A stretch of 64,000 nt of DNA from Caldilineae bacterium (GCA_020634555.1 JACKBK010000009.1:46140-110139), one strand, 5' to 3'; shown: positions 29,931-42,056, numbered from the stretch's first letter. Numbers and translations are program-made. The notes: generated by a model not told the origin, from the letters alone.

Positions 29931-32003
29931 ATGGCAGACAACAGCGCGTTGCAGCGTACTCGTAACATCGGAATTATCGCCCACATCGACGCGGGCAAGA
30001 CCACGACCACCGAACGAATCCTGTTCTACACCGGGCGCACCTATCGGCTCGGCAATGTAGACGAGGGGACGACGGTCATGGACTGGATGGAGCAGGAGCG
30101 AGAGCGCGGCATCACTATCACCGCCGCGGCCATCTCGGCCAATTGGCGCGACTACAAGGTCAACATCATCGACACCCCCGGCCACATCGATTTTACTGCC
30201 GAGGTGCAGCGCAGCTTGCGCGTGCTGGATGGCGGTGTGGTCGTGTTCGACGCTGTTGCCGGCGTTGAACCCCAGTCGGAGACGGTCTGGCGCCAGGCGG
30301 ATCGCTATCGTGTGCCAAGAATCTGTTTCATCAACAAGATGGATCGCACGGGCGCGAACTTCTGGCGCACGATCCAGATGATCCGTGATCGCTTGAACGG
30401 TAAGCCGATACCAATCCAGTTGCCCATCGGTGTTGAAGACACCTTTCAGGGTGTAGTGGATCTGATCGAGCAGAAAGCGTGGTATTTCACCGACCAATTG
30501 GGTGCGCAGCCGGATATCCGGCCGATTCCCGCTGAGATGCTGGAGGATGTTGCCGAACATCGCGAGCATTTGTTGGTTGCGCTGGCTGAGACCGACGACC
30601 AGTTGATGGAAAAATATGTCCACAGCGAGCCAATTTCCAGCGAGGAGATTGTGGACGCCCTGCGGCGAGCCAGCATCGGTCTGGAACTGGTGCCTGTTCT
30701 CTGTGGCACAGCTCTGCGCAACAAGGGGATTCAGCCTCTGCTGGATGCTGTAGTTGCATTTCTGCCATCGCCGCTGGACATTCCGCCTATGGAGGGGCTG
30801 AACCCCTACACCGATACGATGGAGCCGCGACCGGCAGATCCTGACGGACCGCTGGCTGCGCTGTGCTTCAAGATCGTCGGAGATCCTTACATGGGCCGCC
30901 TGGCCTATCTGCGCATCTACTCAGGCACGCTGCGCAACGGATCGGTGTATCAGAACGCCAACAAAGAAAAGAAGGAACGCATCGGACAACTGGTGCGAAT
31001 GCGTGCCAATCAGCGCGAGGAGATGTCCGAGGTTTCTGCCGGTGACATTGCCGCAGTGCTGGGCCTGAAGCAGACATTTACGGGCGACACGATCTGCGAT
31101 TTGAAGTCGCCGATCATCCTGGAAACCATCGCGTTTCCCGAGCCGGTCATCTCGATTGCCATCGAGCCGCGCACCAAAGCGGACCAGGACAAGCTGAGCA
31201 ACGCCTTGCAGCGACTGGCTGAAGAGGATCCAACATTCCGGGTGCGTTACGACAACGAAACTGGCCAGACCCTGATTCAAGGCATGGGCGAGTTGCACCT
31301 GGAGGTGTTGATCGACCGCATGTTGCGCGAGTACGGTGTGCGGGCCAACGTAGGCCGGCCGCAGGTTTCATTCCGTGAGACGATTTCGCGCCGCGTCGAA
31401 CACGAGGGCCGTTTTGTCCGCCAGTCCGGCGGCCGCGGCCAGTTTGGTGTGGTGAACATCGTGCTGGAACCGCTGGAGCGCGGCGAAGGCGTCGTTTTCG
31501 AGAACAAGATCGTGGGTGGAGCGATCCCGCGCGAGTTTTTCGCCGCGGTGGAGCAGGGCATCCGCGAGGCCATGGAGGCCGGCGGCGCAACAGGCTATCC
31601 CCTGGTAGACATCAAGGCGACCTTGGTGGACGGCAAGTATCACGACGTAGACTCCTCGGAGCTGGCGTTCAAGATTGCCGGATCGATGGCGGTGCGCGAG
31701 GGCGTGCAACGGGCCGGCAGCACGCTGCTGGAGCCGATGATGAAGGTCGATATCGTGGTGCCGGACAGCTATGCCGGCGATGTCATCGGTGACGTGGCCT
31801 CGCGCCGCGGCAAGATCGATGGCATGGAGCCGCATTCTCAAGGTATGCAGGCCATCGTAGCTCACATTCCGTTGGCCGAGATGTTTGGCTACGCTACTGG
31901 GCTGCGTTCTTCGACCCAGGGGCGTGGCACTTTCAACATGGAGTTCGACCACTACGAGGAAGTTAGTCCTGAGATTGCCAAACGGATTCTAGGCACCAAT
32001 TGA
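29931..32003 (+). CDS. fusA: Elongation factor G
   Basis: 690 aa, NIGIIAHIDAGKTTTTERIL, DTPGHIDF. Confidence 0.98.
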   Translation: MADNSALQRTRNIGIIAHIDAGKTTTTERILFYTGRTYRLGNVDEGTTVMDWMEQERERGITITAAAISANWRDYKVNIIDTPGHIDFTAEVQRSLRVLDGGVVVFDAVAGVEPQSETVWRQADRYRVPRICFINKMDRTGANFWRTIQMIRDRLNGKPIPIQLPIGVEDTFQGVVDLIEQKAWYFTDQLGAQPDIRPIPAEMLEDVAEHREHLLVALAETDDQLMEKYVHSEPISSEEIVDALRRASIGLELVPVLCGTALRNKGIQPLLDAVVAFLPSPLDIPPMEGLNPYTDTMEPRPADPDGPLAALCFKIVGDPYMGRLAYLRIYSGTLRNGSVYQNANKEKKERIGQLVRMRANQREEMSEVSAGDIAAVLGLKQTFTGDTICDLKSPIILETIAFPEPVISIAIEPRTKADQDKLSNALQRLAEEDPTFRVRYDNETGQTLIQGMGELHLEVLIDRMLREYGVRANVGRPQVSFRETISRRVEHEGRFVRQSGGRGQFGVVNIVLEPLERGEGVVFENKIVGGAIPREFFAAVEQGIREAMEAGGATGYPLVDIKATLVDGKYHDVDSSELAFKIAGSMAVREGVQRAGSTLLEPMMKVDIVVPDSYAGDVIGDVASRRGKIDGMEPHSQGMQAIVAHIPLAEMFGYATGLRSSTQGRGTFNMEFDHYEEVSPEIAKRILGTN

Positions 32004-32073
32004 GCACACTATACGCAAAGCTGCGCATTCGTGATAGCGACGCCCTAAAATGCACGATTCTTGGATGAGAAAT

Positions 32074-32102
32074 TTGGCGCATTGAAGGGTGTATGCTATA
32101 CT
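32074..32102 (+). promoter_or_regulatory. Sigma-70-like internal promoter candidate upstream of tuf
   Basis: TTGGCG (32074-32079), 17-nt spacer, TATACT (32097-32102), within the 283-nt fusA-tuf spacer. Confidence 0.4.
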
Positions 32103-32205
32103 AGCTTGGTTGCCGCCGGAGTGTAATGCCAATACCTGGCAGGCATTGGGTGTCCCCCACGGGTTACCGTGCGAGCGAGGCGCCTGCGTAGAACATTGTA
32201 CTCGG

Positions 32206-32250
32206 GAGTAACCCGAAGTACCACCAACATGTGGCTGCTTCGGGTTACTC
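32206..32250 (+). promoter_or_regulatory. 13-bp perfect hairpin in the tuf leader
   Basis: GAGTAACCCGAAG-19 nt-CTTCGGGTTACTC, ending 36 nt before the tuf ATG. Confidence 0.4.
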
Positions 32251-32286
32251 ATTGTCTTGGAGATAGAGAAAAAACGAGGAGCAGAC

Positions 32287-33486
<1,200 letters not shown>

Positions 33487-33525
33487 ATCCGTCTCATTGA
33501 GACTTGTTACTTGAAACGCAACCCA

Positions 33526-33556
33526 AAAGGAGAGAGGGCGCGACCCTCTCTCCTTT
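33526..33556 (+). terminator. Hairpin after tuf (terminator or S10 leader structure)
   Basis: AAAGGAGAGAGGG-CGCGA-CCCTCTCTCCTTT. Confidence 0.45.
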
Positions 33557-33578
33557 GAGCGAAAACACAGGAACAACC

Positions 33579-33887
33579 ATGGCGAAAAAGCCGCTTCGTA
33601 TCAAGCTCAAGGCATACGATCATCGGGTTCTCGACAACTCGGTGCGTCAAATCGTGGACGCAGCAGAACGCACGGGCGCGACAGTTGTCGGCCCTGTGCC
33701 GTTGCCAACACGAATCGAGAAGTTCACGGTCATGCGCAGTACCTTTATCGACAAGGACTCGCGTGAGCAGTTCGAGATGCGCACTCACAAGCGGTTGATC
33801 GACATTCTCGAACCGAGCGCTAAAACCATCGACAGCTTGATGCGATTGCATCTGCCAGCCGGTGTCGATATCGAGATCAAGCTTTAA
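33579..33887 (+). CDS. rpsJ: 30S ribosomal protein S10
   Basis: [19 protein letters not shown]... ATG at 33579. Confidence 0.97.
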   Translation: MAKKPLRIKLKAYDHRVLDNSVRQIVDAAERTGATVVGPVPLPTRIEKFTVMRSTFIDKDSREQFEMRTHKRLIDILEPSAKTIDSLMRLHLPAGVDIEIKL

Positions 33888-33954
33888 CTAAGCAACGCTT
33901 TCCGGGATGATGGGACTCGCCCAGAGTCTTCAGTCCCCTAAAGGATGGACAACC

Positions 33955-34590
33955 ATGAAGGGTATACTGGGCCGTAAGGTCGGTATGACGCAGGTGTTTG
34001 AAGAGGGCCTGGCCATACCAGTGACCGTTATCGAAGTCGGGCCGTGTTACGTTACTCAAAAGAAAGACAGAAAAACCGACGGCTACACGGCCATTCAAAT
34101 AGGCTTCGACGAAACCTCCCACAAGCGGATCAGCAACGGCGAGTTGCAGCACTTGAAGCGCAACCAGCTCCCTCCGTTGCGGCATCTCAGTGAGCTGCGG
34201 GTCAAGGAAGAGGATCTGGCGGGCTATACCGTTGGCCAGAAACTCGATGCTGAGATCTTCGCAGCCGGCGAGTTGGTGGATGTTATCGGCACGTCCAAGG
34301 GGCGGGGTTTTCAGGGCGGCATCAAACGCCATGGCTTCAATCGGCAACCGAAGACCCACGGTGCTTCCGATCGCGTGCGTGCCCCCGGTTCTGCCGGCTC
34401 TGGTACCACGCCTGGGCGCACAATGAAGGGGCAGCGCGGGCCTGGTCACATGGGCAACCGCCGCGTGACCGTTCAAAGCCTGTTGGTGGTCCGTGTTGAC
34501 GCTGAGCGCAACATGTTGGTTGTACGTGGCGCAATTCCTGGTCCCAAGGGCGGTCTCGTGTTTGTGCGCGAGGCGAGAAAGCAAGGGTAA
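33955..34590 (+). CDS. rplC: 50S ribosomal protein L3
   Basis: MKGILGRKVGMTQVF... ATG at 33955. Confidence 0.97.
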   Translation: MKGILGRKVGMTQVFEEGLAIPVTVIEVGPCYVTQKKDRKTDGYTAIQIGFDETSHKRISNGELQHLKRNQLPPLRHLSELRVKEEDLAGYTVGQKLDAEIFAAGELVDVIGTSKGRGFQGGIKRHGFNRQPKTHGASDRVRAPGSAGSGTTPGRTMKGQRGPGHMGNRRVTVQSLLVVRVDAERNMLVVRGAIPGPKGGLVFVREARKQG

Positions 34591-34595
34591 GCAAG

Positions 34596-35216
34596 ATGTT
34601 AGTACCAGTAGTGAACATGGCCGGTGAGCGCGTCGATGAGATTGAACTGCGCGATGATGTTTTTGCAGTTCCGGTGAACAAGACGGTGATGCATCAGGCC
34701 TTGGTTCGGCAACTTGCCAACGCTCGCCGCGGCACGCACAAGGTTAAGGGCCGCAGCGAGGTGCGCGGCGGCGGCCGCAAGCCGTGGCGACAAAAGGGCA
34801 CGGGCCGGGCGCGGCAGGGAAGCATCCGGTCTCCCCAGTGGCGTGGTGGTGGTGTGGTATTTGGACCCACGCCCCGATCCTACGAGAAGAAGATGCCGCG
34901 CAAGATGCGCCGCATTGCCATGCGTTCGGCGCTCTCCATGAAGGCGTCCAACAATCAGTTAGTGATTGTCAAAGACCTTAGCCTTGGGCAGCCGAAAACC
35001 CGGGATTTTGTGGATTTTCTGGCCAAACTCGACCTGCACGACAGCGTCTTGGTACTGCTGCCGGCTCGCAACGAAAACATCGAGCTTTCGGCCCGCAACG
35101 TGTCCGATGTCAAGACCCTGTTGGCCGGCTATGTGAACGTGCGCGACGTGCTTGGGCATCAGGCTCTGGTGCTGACGCCGGACACCGTTGCAGAGATCGA
35201 ACGAATCCTTGGATAG
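34596..35216 (+). CDS. rplD: 50S ribosomal protein L4
   Basis: 206 aa, KGRSEVRGGGRKPWRQKGTGRARQGS. Confidence 0.97.
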   Translation: MLVPVVNMAGERVDEIELRDDVFAVPVNKTVMHQALVRQLANARRGTHKVKGRSEVRGGGRKPWRQKGTGRARQGSIRSPQWRGGGVVFGPTPRSYEKKMPRKMRRIAMRSALSMKASNNQLVIVKDLSLGQPKTRDFVDFLAKLDLHDSVLVLLPARNENIELSARNVSDVKTLLAGYVNVRDVLGHQALVLTPDTVAEIERILG

Positions 35217-35238
35217 CGCAAAATAGGCGAGGTAACCA

Positions 35239-35529
35239 ATGCACCTACGAGAAGTATTGCGCCGGCCGCTCATGACGGAAAAAACTGGCATTCAAGCTGA
35301 TTATTGGAACCAGTATTCTTTCGAGGTAGATCGGCGCGCTAACAAGCACATGATCAAGGATGCCGTAGAGGCTTGCTTCGATGTCACAGTCGAGAGCGTG
35401 CGGGTGATCAATCTCCCGGCGCGCATCGGCACTCGCGGCCGCAGGGTCGTGATCAAGAAACCGGCCTGGAAGAAGGCGGTTGTGACCTTGAAAAAGGGCG
35501 ATAGCATCACCTGGGTCGAAGGCGTTTGA
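35239..35529 (+). CDS. rplW: 50S ribosomal protein L23
   Basis: 96 aa. Position and sequence fit L23. Confidence 0.95.
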   Translation: MHLREVLRRPLMTEKTGIQADYWNQYSFEVDRRANKHMIKDAVEACFDVTVESVRVINLPARIGTRGRRVVIKKPAWKKAVVTLKKGDSITWVEGV

Positions 35530-35560
35530 TCCAGGAAACTGATGAAGTGAGGAGTTAACC

Positions 35561-36400
35561 ATGGGTATCCGGGTTTACAAGCCCACATCGCCCGGTCGCC
35601 GCGGCATGAGCGTGCTGACCTTCGATGAGATCACCAAGACACGGCCGGAACGCTCCCTTGTGGAGCCGTTGAACCGCAGTGCTGGCCGCAACAACCGTGG
35701 CAGGATCACCGTACGGCAACGCGGCGGTGGCCACAAGCGGTTGTATCGTATCATCGATTTCAAGCGCGACAAGTTCGGTGTGCCGGCACGTGTTGCTTCT
35801 ATTGAATATGATCCGAACCGGACGGCGCGCATCGCGCTGCTGGTTTACGCCGACGGCGCCAAACGCTACATCCTGGCTCCATTGGGACTCACCGTGGGTG
35901 ACACGGTGCAGTCTGGCCCCGATTCTGACATCCGCGTCGGCAATGCGCTGCCTCTGCACCGCATTCCGCTCGGTACGGTGGTGCACAACGTCGAGTTGCA
36001 GCCCGGACGCGGCGGCCAGATGGCGCGCTCAGCCGGCACATCAGCTCAGTTGATGGCCAAGGAAGGCGACTACGCCACGCTGCGGCTGCCCAGCGGTGAG
36101 ATGCGCAAGGTGCATTTGAACTGCCTGGCCACCATTGGCCAGGTCGGCAATACCGACCATGCCAACATCAAGCTCGGTAAGGCTGGACGCAAGCGCTGGA
36201 TGGGACGTCGCCCCGAGGTTCGCGGTGTGGCTATGGATCCCTCGTCGCACCCGCACGGCGGCGGCGAAGGCAGGTCGCCTATCGGTATGCCTGGGCCGAA
36301 GACGCCTTGGGGCAAGCCGACTCTGGGCTTCAAAACGCGCCGCAACAAGACAACAGGCAAATACATCGTTCGCCGCCGTGGCAAGCGCCGGGGACGGTAG
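35561..36400 (+). CDS. rplB: 50S ribosomal protein L2
   Basis: 279 aa, [32 protein letters not shown]. Confidence 0.98.
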   Translation: MGIRVYKPTSPGRRGMSVLTFDEITKTRPERSLVEPLNRSAGRNNRGRITVRQRGGGHKRLYRIIDFKRDKFGVPARVASIEYDPNRTARIALLVYADGAKRYILAPLGLTVGDTVQSGPDSDIRVGNALPLHRIPLGTVVHNVELQPGRGGQMARSAGTSAQLMAKEGDYATLRLPSGEMRKVHLNCLATIGQVGNTDHANIKLGKAGRKRWMGRRPEVRGVAMDPSSHPHGGGEGRSPIGMPGPKTPWGKPTLGFKTRRNKTTGKYIVRRRGKRRGR

Positions 36401-36452
36401 GATTAAGTCAGTTCGCAGCGACTGCGGGCTGGGCAAGATGCGAGGTTGAACC

Positions 36453-36734
36453 ATGTCACGATCGGTAAAAAAGGGGCCGTTTATCTCCCCGAAACTGCTC
36501 AAGAAAATTGAGAACATGAATCGCACCGGCGAGAAGCGTATCATCAAAACCTGGTCGCGCGCCTCCACCGTCTTTCCCCAGATGGTCGGGCACACGATTG
36601 CGGTGCATGATGGCCGCCGGCACGTGCCGGTCTATGTGTCTGAGAACATGGTCGGCCACAAGCTGGGCGAATTCGCGCCGACGCGTTTCTTCCGCGGTCA
36701 CGTCGCGAAGGACAAGCGAGCCAAGCGGCGCTAG
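36453..36734 (+). CDS. rpsS: 30S ribosomal protein S19
   Basis: [16 protein letters not shown]... Confidence 0.97.
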   Translation: MSRSVKKGPFISPKLLKKIENMNRTGEKRIIKTWSRASTVFPQMVGHTIAVHDGRRHVPVYVSENMVGHKLGEFAPTRFFRGHVAKDKRAKRR

Positions 36735-36767
36735 CCGGCAAATCGGGATAGGATAGAGGCTGATTTT

Positions 36768-37136
36768 ATGAGCACTATGATTGGCAACGAGGTGCAGGCG
36801 CAGCGGAAGCACGTTGGTATACCGGCCCAGAAGGTTCGTCTGGTGATCAACCAGGTGCGCGGTATGCGCGCTGAAGACGCCCTGGCGACCCTGAGGTTTA
36901 TGCCCCAGGCCGCAGCTCAGGAAGTTTTCAAGACGATCAACTCGGCGCTGGCCAATGCAGAACAAAACGAAGGCCTGGCGCGCGAGGATATGTGGATCAG
37001 CGAGATCTACGCTGACGTGGGCCCCACTCGCAAGTGGCGGCGGTTTGGCGCTCGTGGCCGTTTCAAGCCGATCTTAAAGCGGTCGTCGCACATTACCGTT
37101 GTGTTGAGTGAACGCATGCAGTTCAGTGACCGGTAA
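36768..37136 (+). CDS. rplV: 50S ribosomal protein L22
   Basis: 122 aa, SPQKVRLV-like IPAQKVRLVINQVRG. Start could be the second Met. Confidence 0.95.
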   Translation: MSTMIGNEVQAQRKHVGIPAQKVRLVINQVRGMRAEDALATLRFMPQAAAQEVFKTINSALANAEQNEGLAREDMWISEIYADVGPTRKWRRFGARGRFKPILKRSSHITVVLSERMQFSDR

Positions 37137-37213
37137 GCAGTTGCGACAGCACTGCGTTACGGAACAACGGTTTCTGATCACTGTTCACTAGCTACTGATC
37201 ACAGGAGGACATC

Positions 37214-37864
37214 TTGGGTCGCAAAGTACATCCCTACGGCTTTCGCCTTGGGTTTATCAAAGATTGGCAGTCTCGTTGGTATGCGGAGCGAGATCGATAT
37301 ACGACTCTTTTGGAAGAAGATCGCAAGATTCGTACCTTGATTCGCAGGGACATTCCGAGGGCTTCGATCTCCGCTATTGAGATCGAGCGGCAGCGGAACT
37401 ATGTTCATGTGTGGATCCACACGGCCAAGCCGGGCATCATCATTGGACGCAAGGGCGCCAATGTAAATCAACTGCGCAGCACCTTGCAGGAAGTTACCGG
37501 CAAGCGGGTCAAGGTTGATGTGACTGAGATCACGCGACCGGAGATCGACGCCTATTTGGTGGCGGAAAGCATCGCCGAGCAACTCGAACGGCGTATCTCG
37601 CACAAGCGCGCCATGCGCCAGGCCGTCACCCGTGCCATGCGCCAGGGCGCCGAAGGCATCATGATTACCTGCGCCGGCCGGCTTTCTGGTTCAGAAATGG
37701 CACGCAGGGACAGCCAGCGCGAGGGCCAGGTGCCCCGGCACACGTTGCGCGCCGACATCGACTACGCGACAGCCGAGGCTTTGACTACCTTCGGTCGCAT
37801 CGGCGTCAAGGTGTGGATCTATAAAGGCGAGATTCTGCCGCCCAAGACGGCTGTCGCCAGCTAA
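37214..37864 (+). CDS. rpsC: 30S ribosomal protein S3
   Basis: MGRKVHPYGFRLG... TTG start with AGGAGG upstream. Confidence 0.97.
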   Translation: MGRKVHPYGFRLGFIKDWQSRWYAERDRYTTLLEEDRKIRTLIRRDIPRASISAIEIERQRNYVHVWIHTAKPGIIIGRKGANVNQLRSTLQEVTGKRVKVDVTEITRPEIDAYLVAESIAEQLERRISHKRAMRQAVTRAMRQGAEGIMITCAGRLSGSEMARRDSQREGQVPRHTLRADIDYATAEALTTFGRIGVKVWIYKGEILPPKTAVAS

Positions 37865-37963
37865 GAACTAAGCAAGCAATAATGGCACTTCCGGGCGCCG
37901 TTGTTGGCAGCGCAAGGCCAAAGCGCCGGCGCTGCTTGGCTCGCGGAACAGGAGAGCAAAGAG

Positions 37964-38383
37964 ATGTTGATTCCAAAGCGTGCGAAGTACCGAAAGCAGT
38001 TTCGTGGCCGAATGCGCGGCTACAGCTGGCGCGGCAGCACGGTTTCTCACGGTGAATACGGTCTTCAGGCGCTGGAACCTTGCTGGATGACCTCGCGCCA
38101 GATCGAGGCGGCCCGCCGCGCGATCGTGCGCTATGTCCGGCGTGGCGGCAAGGTCTGGATCAAAATCTTCCCCGATAAGCCGGTAACGGCCAAGGCTGCT
38201 GAAACCCGTATGGGTAGCGGCAAGGGTTCTGTGGAGCACTGGGTTGCCGTTGTTCGTCCGGGACGGGTGTTGTTCGAGATCGCTGGCGTTGAAGAGGATG
38301 TAGCTCGCGAGGCCATGCAGCGTGCGGCTTTCAAGCTGCCGATCCGTACACAGTTCGTCAAGCGCGAGAGTATGGAGGGCTAG
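37964..38383 (+). CDS. rplP: 50S ribosomal protein L16
   Basis: [19 protein letters not shown]... ATG at 37964; the track ORF is longer. Confidence 0.97.
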   Translation: MLIPKRAKYRKQFRGRMRGYSWRGSTVSHGEYGLQALEPCWMTSRQIEAARRAIVRYVRRGGKVWIKIFPDKPVTAKAAETRMGSGKGSVEHWVAVVRPGRVLFEIAGVEEDVAREAMQRAAFKLPIRTQFVKRESMEG

Positions 38384-38386
38384 ATC

Positions 38387-38602
38387 ATGCGGCCAGAAGA
38401 GATTCGAAGTTACACTACTCCTGAAATCGGCCAGCGGCTTGATGAAGCCTATGAAGAGCTGTTCAACCTGCGCTTTCAGCGGACAACTGGACAGATGAAG
38501 AACACCGCTCGGATGGGCGAGGTTACCCGCGATATCGCCCGCATGAAAACGATCCTGCGTGAGCGTGAGCTGGCTGCCTGGCTGGCAAGCGAGGAGAACT
38601 AG
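38387..38602 (+). CDS. rpmC: 50S ribosomal protein L29
   Basis: 71 aa, ELFNLRFQ motif. Confidence 0.95.
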   Translation: MRPEEIRSYTTPEIGQRLDEAYEELFNLRFQRTTGQMKNTARMGEVTRDIARMKTILRERELAAWLASEEN

Positions 38603-38604
38603 CG

Positions 38605-38859
38605 ATGCGTGAACAGCGAAAGCAGTTGATTGGTCGTGTGACCAGCAACAAGATGGACAAATCTGTGGTGGTCGAGGTGACCCGTGTCAGCCGCCATCCA
38701 CTGTACGGCAAGGTTGTGCGCAACCACAATCGGTTCATGGCCCACGACGAGGGCAATACGTGCGCCATCGGCGACGTTGTACGCATTGTCGAGGCGCGTC
38801 CGATGAGCCGCCGTAAGCGGTGGGCTGTTGAGGCAATCCTGGAGCACAGCGAGGCTTAA
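38605..38859 (+). CDS. rpsQ: 30S ribosomal protein S17
   Basis: 84 aa, GRVTSNKMDKSVVV. Confidence 0.96.
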   Translation: MREQRKQLIGRVTSNKMDKSVVVEVTRVSRHPLYGKVVRNHNRFMAHDEGNTCAIGDVVRIVEARPMSRRKRWAVEAILEHSEA

Positions 38860-38895
38860 ACCCGCCCGCGCCCGCAGCGGGCAGGAGTTCAGACA

Positions 38896-39264
38896 ATGAT
38901 CCAAAGAGAAAGCCGGCTCAAGGTAGCCGACAACACTGGCGCAAAAGTAATTTTGTGCATCCAGGTCCGAGGAGGCACTGGACGCCGCTATGGACGTGTC
39001 GGCGATGTCATCGTCGCCACCGTCAAGCAGGCTGCGCCGCACAGCAGCGTGAAGAAGGGCGACATCGTCAGGGCAGTCATCGTTCGCACGGCCAAAGAAT
39101 ATGGCCGTCCCGATGGCAGCCACATTCGTTTCGACGACAACGCTGCCGTGATCATCGACGACCACAAGAACCCGAGAGGCACACGTATCTTTGGCCCGGT
39201 GGCCCGAGAACTGCGTGAGCAAGGATATATGAAGATTGTATCGCTGGCTCCGGAGGTGCTCTGA
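38896..39264 (+). CDS. rplN: 50S ribosomal protein L14
   Basis: [17 protein letters not shown]... Confidence 0.98.
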   Translation: MIQRESRLKVADNTGAKVILCIQVRGGTGRRYGRVGDVIVATVKQAAPHSSVKKGDIVRAVIVRTAKEYGRPDGSHIRFDDNAAVIIDDHKNPRGTRIFGPVARELREQGYMKIVSLAPEVL

Positions 39265-39623
39265 TGCATATTCGAACTGGAGATACCGTTGTAGTCATTC
39301 GCGGTGAGCAGTTGGGCGAGCGCGGCGAAGTGCAGCGCGTTTTGCGTGGCCGCTATAGCGGGCGCATGTCCGGCAAGCCCAACCCCAACGACGTGCGCAT
39401 CATTGTGGCTGGCGTGAACCTGATCACCAAGCACCAGCGCAGGACCGGCAACGTTCGGACGCAGACTGGCCGGATCGAGCGCGAGGCGCCGATTCACATC
39501 AGCAACGTGATGTTGGTTTGTCCGCATTGCGGAGAGCCAACGCGGGTCGGCCACCAGATCCTGGAGGACGGCACGAAGGTGCGGCAGTGCAAGAACGAGG
39601 AATGTCGCCAGACAATGGACTGA
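39264..39623 (+). CDS. rplX: 50S ribosomal protein L24 with C-terminal Cys4 zinc-ribbon
   Basis: 119 aa, KOW motif GDTVVVIRGEQLG. CPHCGEPTRV...RQCKNEEC tail, as seen in Thermus-type L24. Confidence 0.95.
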   Translation: MHIRTGDTVVVIRGEQLGERGEVQRVLRGRYSGRMSGKPNPNDVRIIVAGVNLITKHQRRTGNVRTQTGRIEREAPIHISNVMLVCPHCGEPTRVGHQILEDGTKVRQCKNEECRQTMD

Positions 39624-39685
39624 TGGGCTGATCGACAGGCTACAGACCAGGAAGTTCCACAAAGCATTGGCTGGCAGGAGTGAAT

Positions 39686-40240
39686 ATGCCCAGGCTAAAA
39701 GAACGTTATCGCACCGAGGTTACCTCGGCGCTCCACGAAGAGTTTAAATACGACAACCCGATGCAGGTGCCGCGGCTTGAGAAGATCGTGGTCAATATCG
39801 GCATGGGCGAAGCCTTGCAGAACGCCAAATCATTGGACGCGGCAGTTTCTGACCTGACCCAGATCGTTGGGCAGAAGCCGGTCACGACCAAGGCGCGCAA
39901 GTCCATCGCCACCTACAAGCTGCGCGAGGGCAATACCATCGGCGTCGCGGTGACGCTGCGAGGCGATCGCATGTGGGATTTCCTGGATCGCCTGTGTAAC
40001 GTGGCTCTGCCGCGCGTGCGTGACTTCAGCGGCGTCTCGCCCGACAGTTTCGACGGGCGCGGCAACTACAGCCTGGGGTTGCGCGAGCAGTTGATGTTCC
40101 CGGAGATCGATTACGACAAGATCGACAAGGTGCGTGGCATGTCAGTCACTATCGTGACGACTGCCAAGACTGATGAGGAAGGTCGCCGGCTGTTGCACCA
40201 TCTGGGTGTTCCGTTTCGTCGACCGGGCCAACGGCGCTAG
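39686..40240 (+). CDS. rplE: 50S ribosomal protein L5
   Basis: [12 protein letters not shown]... ATG at 39686 preferred over the GTG at 39680. Confidence 0.97.
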   Translation: MPRLKERYRTEVTSALHEEFKYDNPMQVPRLEKIVVNIGMGEALQNAKSLDAAVSDLTQIVGQKPVTTKARKSIATYKLREGNTIGVAVTLRGDRMWDFLDRLCNVALPRVRDFSGVSPDSFDGRGNYSLGLREQLMFPEIDYDKIDKVRGMSVTIVTTAKTDEEGRRLLHHLGVPFRRPGQRR

Positions 40241-40294
40241 GCGCTGGCTGGTCAGTAATTGACATGGATTTGAAGAAACGAAGAGGCAAGAACC

Positions 40295-40477
40295 TTGGCT
40301 AAGACATGCATGACCTATCGTGAGCAGCGGCGCAAGTATCCTGTTCGGGAACACAATCGCTGCACTATCTGTGGGCGACCGCGCGGCTATATCCGCAGGT
40401 TTAAACTCTGCCGCATCTGTTTTCGCAAGGAAGCACTGGAAGGCCGTCTGCCAGGCGTTGTCAAGTCCAGTTGGTAA
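40295..40477 (+). CDS. rpsN: 30S ribosomal protein S14 type Z (zinc-binding)
   Basis: 60 aa, [23 protein letters not shown] start. Confidence 0.95.
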   Translation: MAKTCMTYREQRRKYPVREHNRCTICGRPRGYIRRFKLCRICFRKEALEGRLPGVVKSSW

Positions 40478-40522
40478 CAAAGCCATAACGAATCTGAAGA
40501 AGTCGATGGAGTTCAGAACGCC

Positions 40523-40918
40523 ATGATGACCGATCCTATTGCGGATATGCTGAATCGAATCAGCAACGGGCTTAATGCTCACCATAAACAAGTACTGATG
40601 CCAAGTTCCAAGGTGAAGGTTGCCATCGCCCGCATTCTTAAGGAAGAGGGCTATGTGAAGAACTACCAGGTCACCCGTGATGAACCACAGGCGAATCTGC
40701 GTGTCACCTTGAAATATGACGAGGAGCGCCAACCGATCCTGACCACGGTCAAGCGCGTTAGCAAGCCTGGTTGCCGCGTGTATGTGGGCCGTAACGAGAT
40801 TCCGTGGGTGTTGAGCGGCATGGGAATCGCTATTCTTTCCACACCGCGTGGCATCATGACCGGGCAGCAAGCTAGACGATTACGTGTGGGCGGCGAGGTG
40901 ATCTGCTACGTGTGGTAG
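40523..40918 (+). CDS. rpsH: 30S ribosomal protein S8
   Basis: MMTDPIADMLNRISNG... Confidence 0.97.
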   Translation: MMTDPIADMLNRISNGLNAHHKQVLMPSSKVKVAIARILKEEGYVKNYQVTRDEPQANLRVTLKYDEERQPILTTVKRVSKPGCRVYVGRNEIPWVLSGMGIAILSTPRGIMTGQQARRLRVGGEVICYVW

Positions 40919-41012
40919 CTGTCAGGCTTCTCACCGACCGTTTCGCCCCAAGCGATTGCGCCGGGCGAAACAACGCCAGCAGATAATTCTCGTCACTCAT
41001 GGAGGTTATAGT

Positions 41013-41555
41013 ATGTCACGAATTGGACGATTGCCCATTTCAGTTCCCAAGAACGTTACCGTCGATGTCAAGCCGGGCAACGAGGTGGTCGTCAAGGGGC
41101 CAAAGGGCCAGCTCACGCGGACTCTCAACAAGGATATGGTGATTAGCCTTGAAGATGGTACGCTGGGCGTCAGCCGGCCTACTGATGGCCGCATTCACCG
41201 TATGCAGCATGGATTGACCCGGTCGTTGCTCAACAACATGGTCCTGGGCGTCAGCACGGGCTTCAGGCGTGAGTTGGAGATCCAGGGTGTCGGTTACCGC
41301 GCTGAGGTAACAGGCACAGGGATGACGCTCTACATGGGATACTCCAACCCGGTTGAGATGCCTGCTCCTGATGGCATTACGTTCTCGGTTGCGGATCGTG
41401 GCTCCCGGATTATTGTAGAGGGCTACGACAAGGAGCTGGTTGGCCTGGTGGCTGCCAGAATCCGCTCGGTGCGCCCGCCGGAGCCTTACCACGGCAAGGG
41501 CATTCGCTATGCAGGCGAGAGAGTCCGTCGCAAGCAGGGCAAGACCGGCAAATAA
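41013..41555 (+). CDS. rplF: 50S ribosomal protein L6
   Basis: MSRIGRLPISVPKNV... ATG at 41013 with GGAGG upstream. Confidence 0.97.
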   Translation: MSRIGRLPISVPKNVTVDVKPGNEVVVKGPKGQLTRTLNKDMVISLEDGTLGVSRPTDGRIHRMQHGLTRSLLNNMVLGVSTGFRRELEIQGVGYRAEVTGTGMTLYMGYSNPVEMPAPDGITFSVADRGSRIIVEGYDKELVGLVAARIRSVRPPEPYHGKGIRYAGERVRRKQGKTGK

Positions 41556-41684
41556 TCCCGGGTATGGGTGTCGCGGATTGGGCTTACAAACAAGAAATTA
41601 CTGGACAGGCAGATTGTCCAGTCTGGTAAGCGCTTTTTACCTGTAAAAGTCCTCGGCATCTGAGCAGTTACGAACTAGGAGAAA

Positions 41685-42056
41685 ATGGTTATGGCGAAGG
41701 AAAGTCGAGCTGTATTGCGTGATAGACGCCATGCCCGGGTGCGCCGGCGTGTTCAAGGCACGTCAGACCGGCCGCGGCTGAACGTTTTTCGCAGCTTGAG
41801 CCACATCTATGCGCAGGTGATCGACGACGAGAAAGGTCTGACGCTGGTAGCTGCTTCGACGCTGGACAGCGAAATCCGCGGCCAGGCACAGAGTGTAAAC
41901 AAGACGGAGCAGGCCAAGCTGGTTGGCACGCTCGTAGCCGAACGGGCGCTGGCCCAGGGAATCAAGCAGGTCGTATTCGACCGTGGCGGCTATCCCTATC
42001 ATGGCCGGGTGCGCGCGCTGGCAGAGGCCAGCCGCGAGGGCGGGTTGGACTTCTAG
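41685..42056 (+). CDS. rplR: 50S ribosomal protein L18
   Basis: [20 protein letters not shown]. Confidence 0.96.
   Translation: MVMAKESRAVLRDRRHARVRRRVQGTSDRPRLNVFRSLSHIYAQVIDDEKGLTLVAASTLDSEIRGQAQSVNKTEQAKLVGTLVAERALAQGIKQVVFDRGGYPYHGRVRALAEASREGGLDF

Noticed and set aside
32004-32286. tRNA gene(s) upstream of tuf, as in the tufB operons of other bacteria
   Set aside because: No T-arm-like GTTCGAATC motif or cloverleaf could be found in the spacer on either strand.
39264-39623. Cys4 tail on L24 as a novelty
   Set aside because: The same zinc-ribbon extension is known from Thermus-type L24, so it is treated as a lineage trait.
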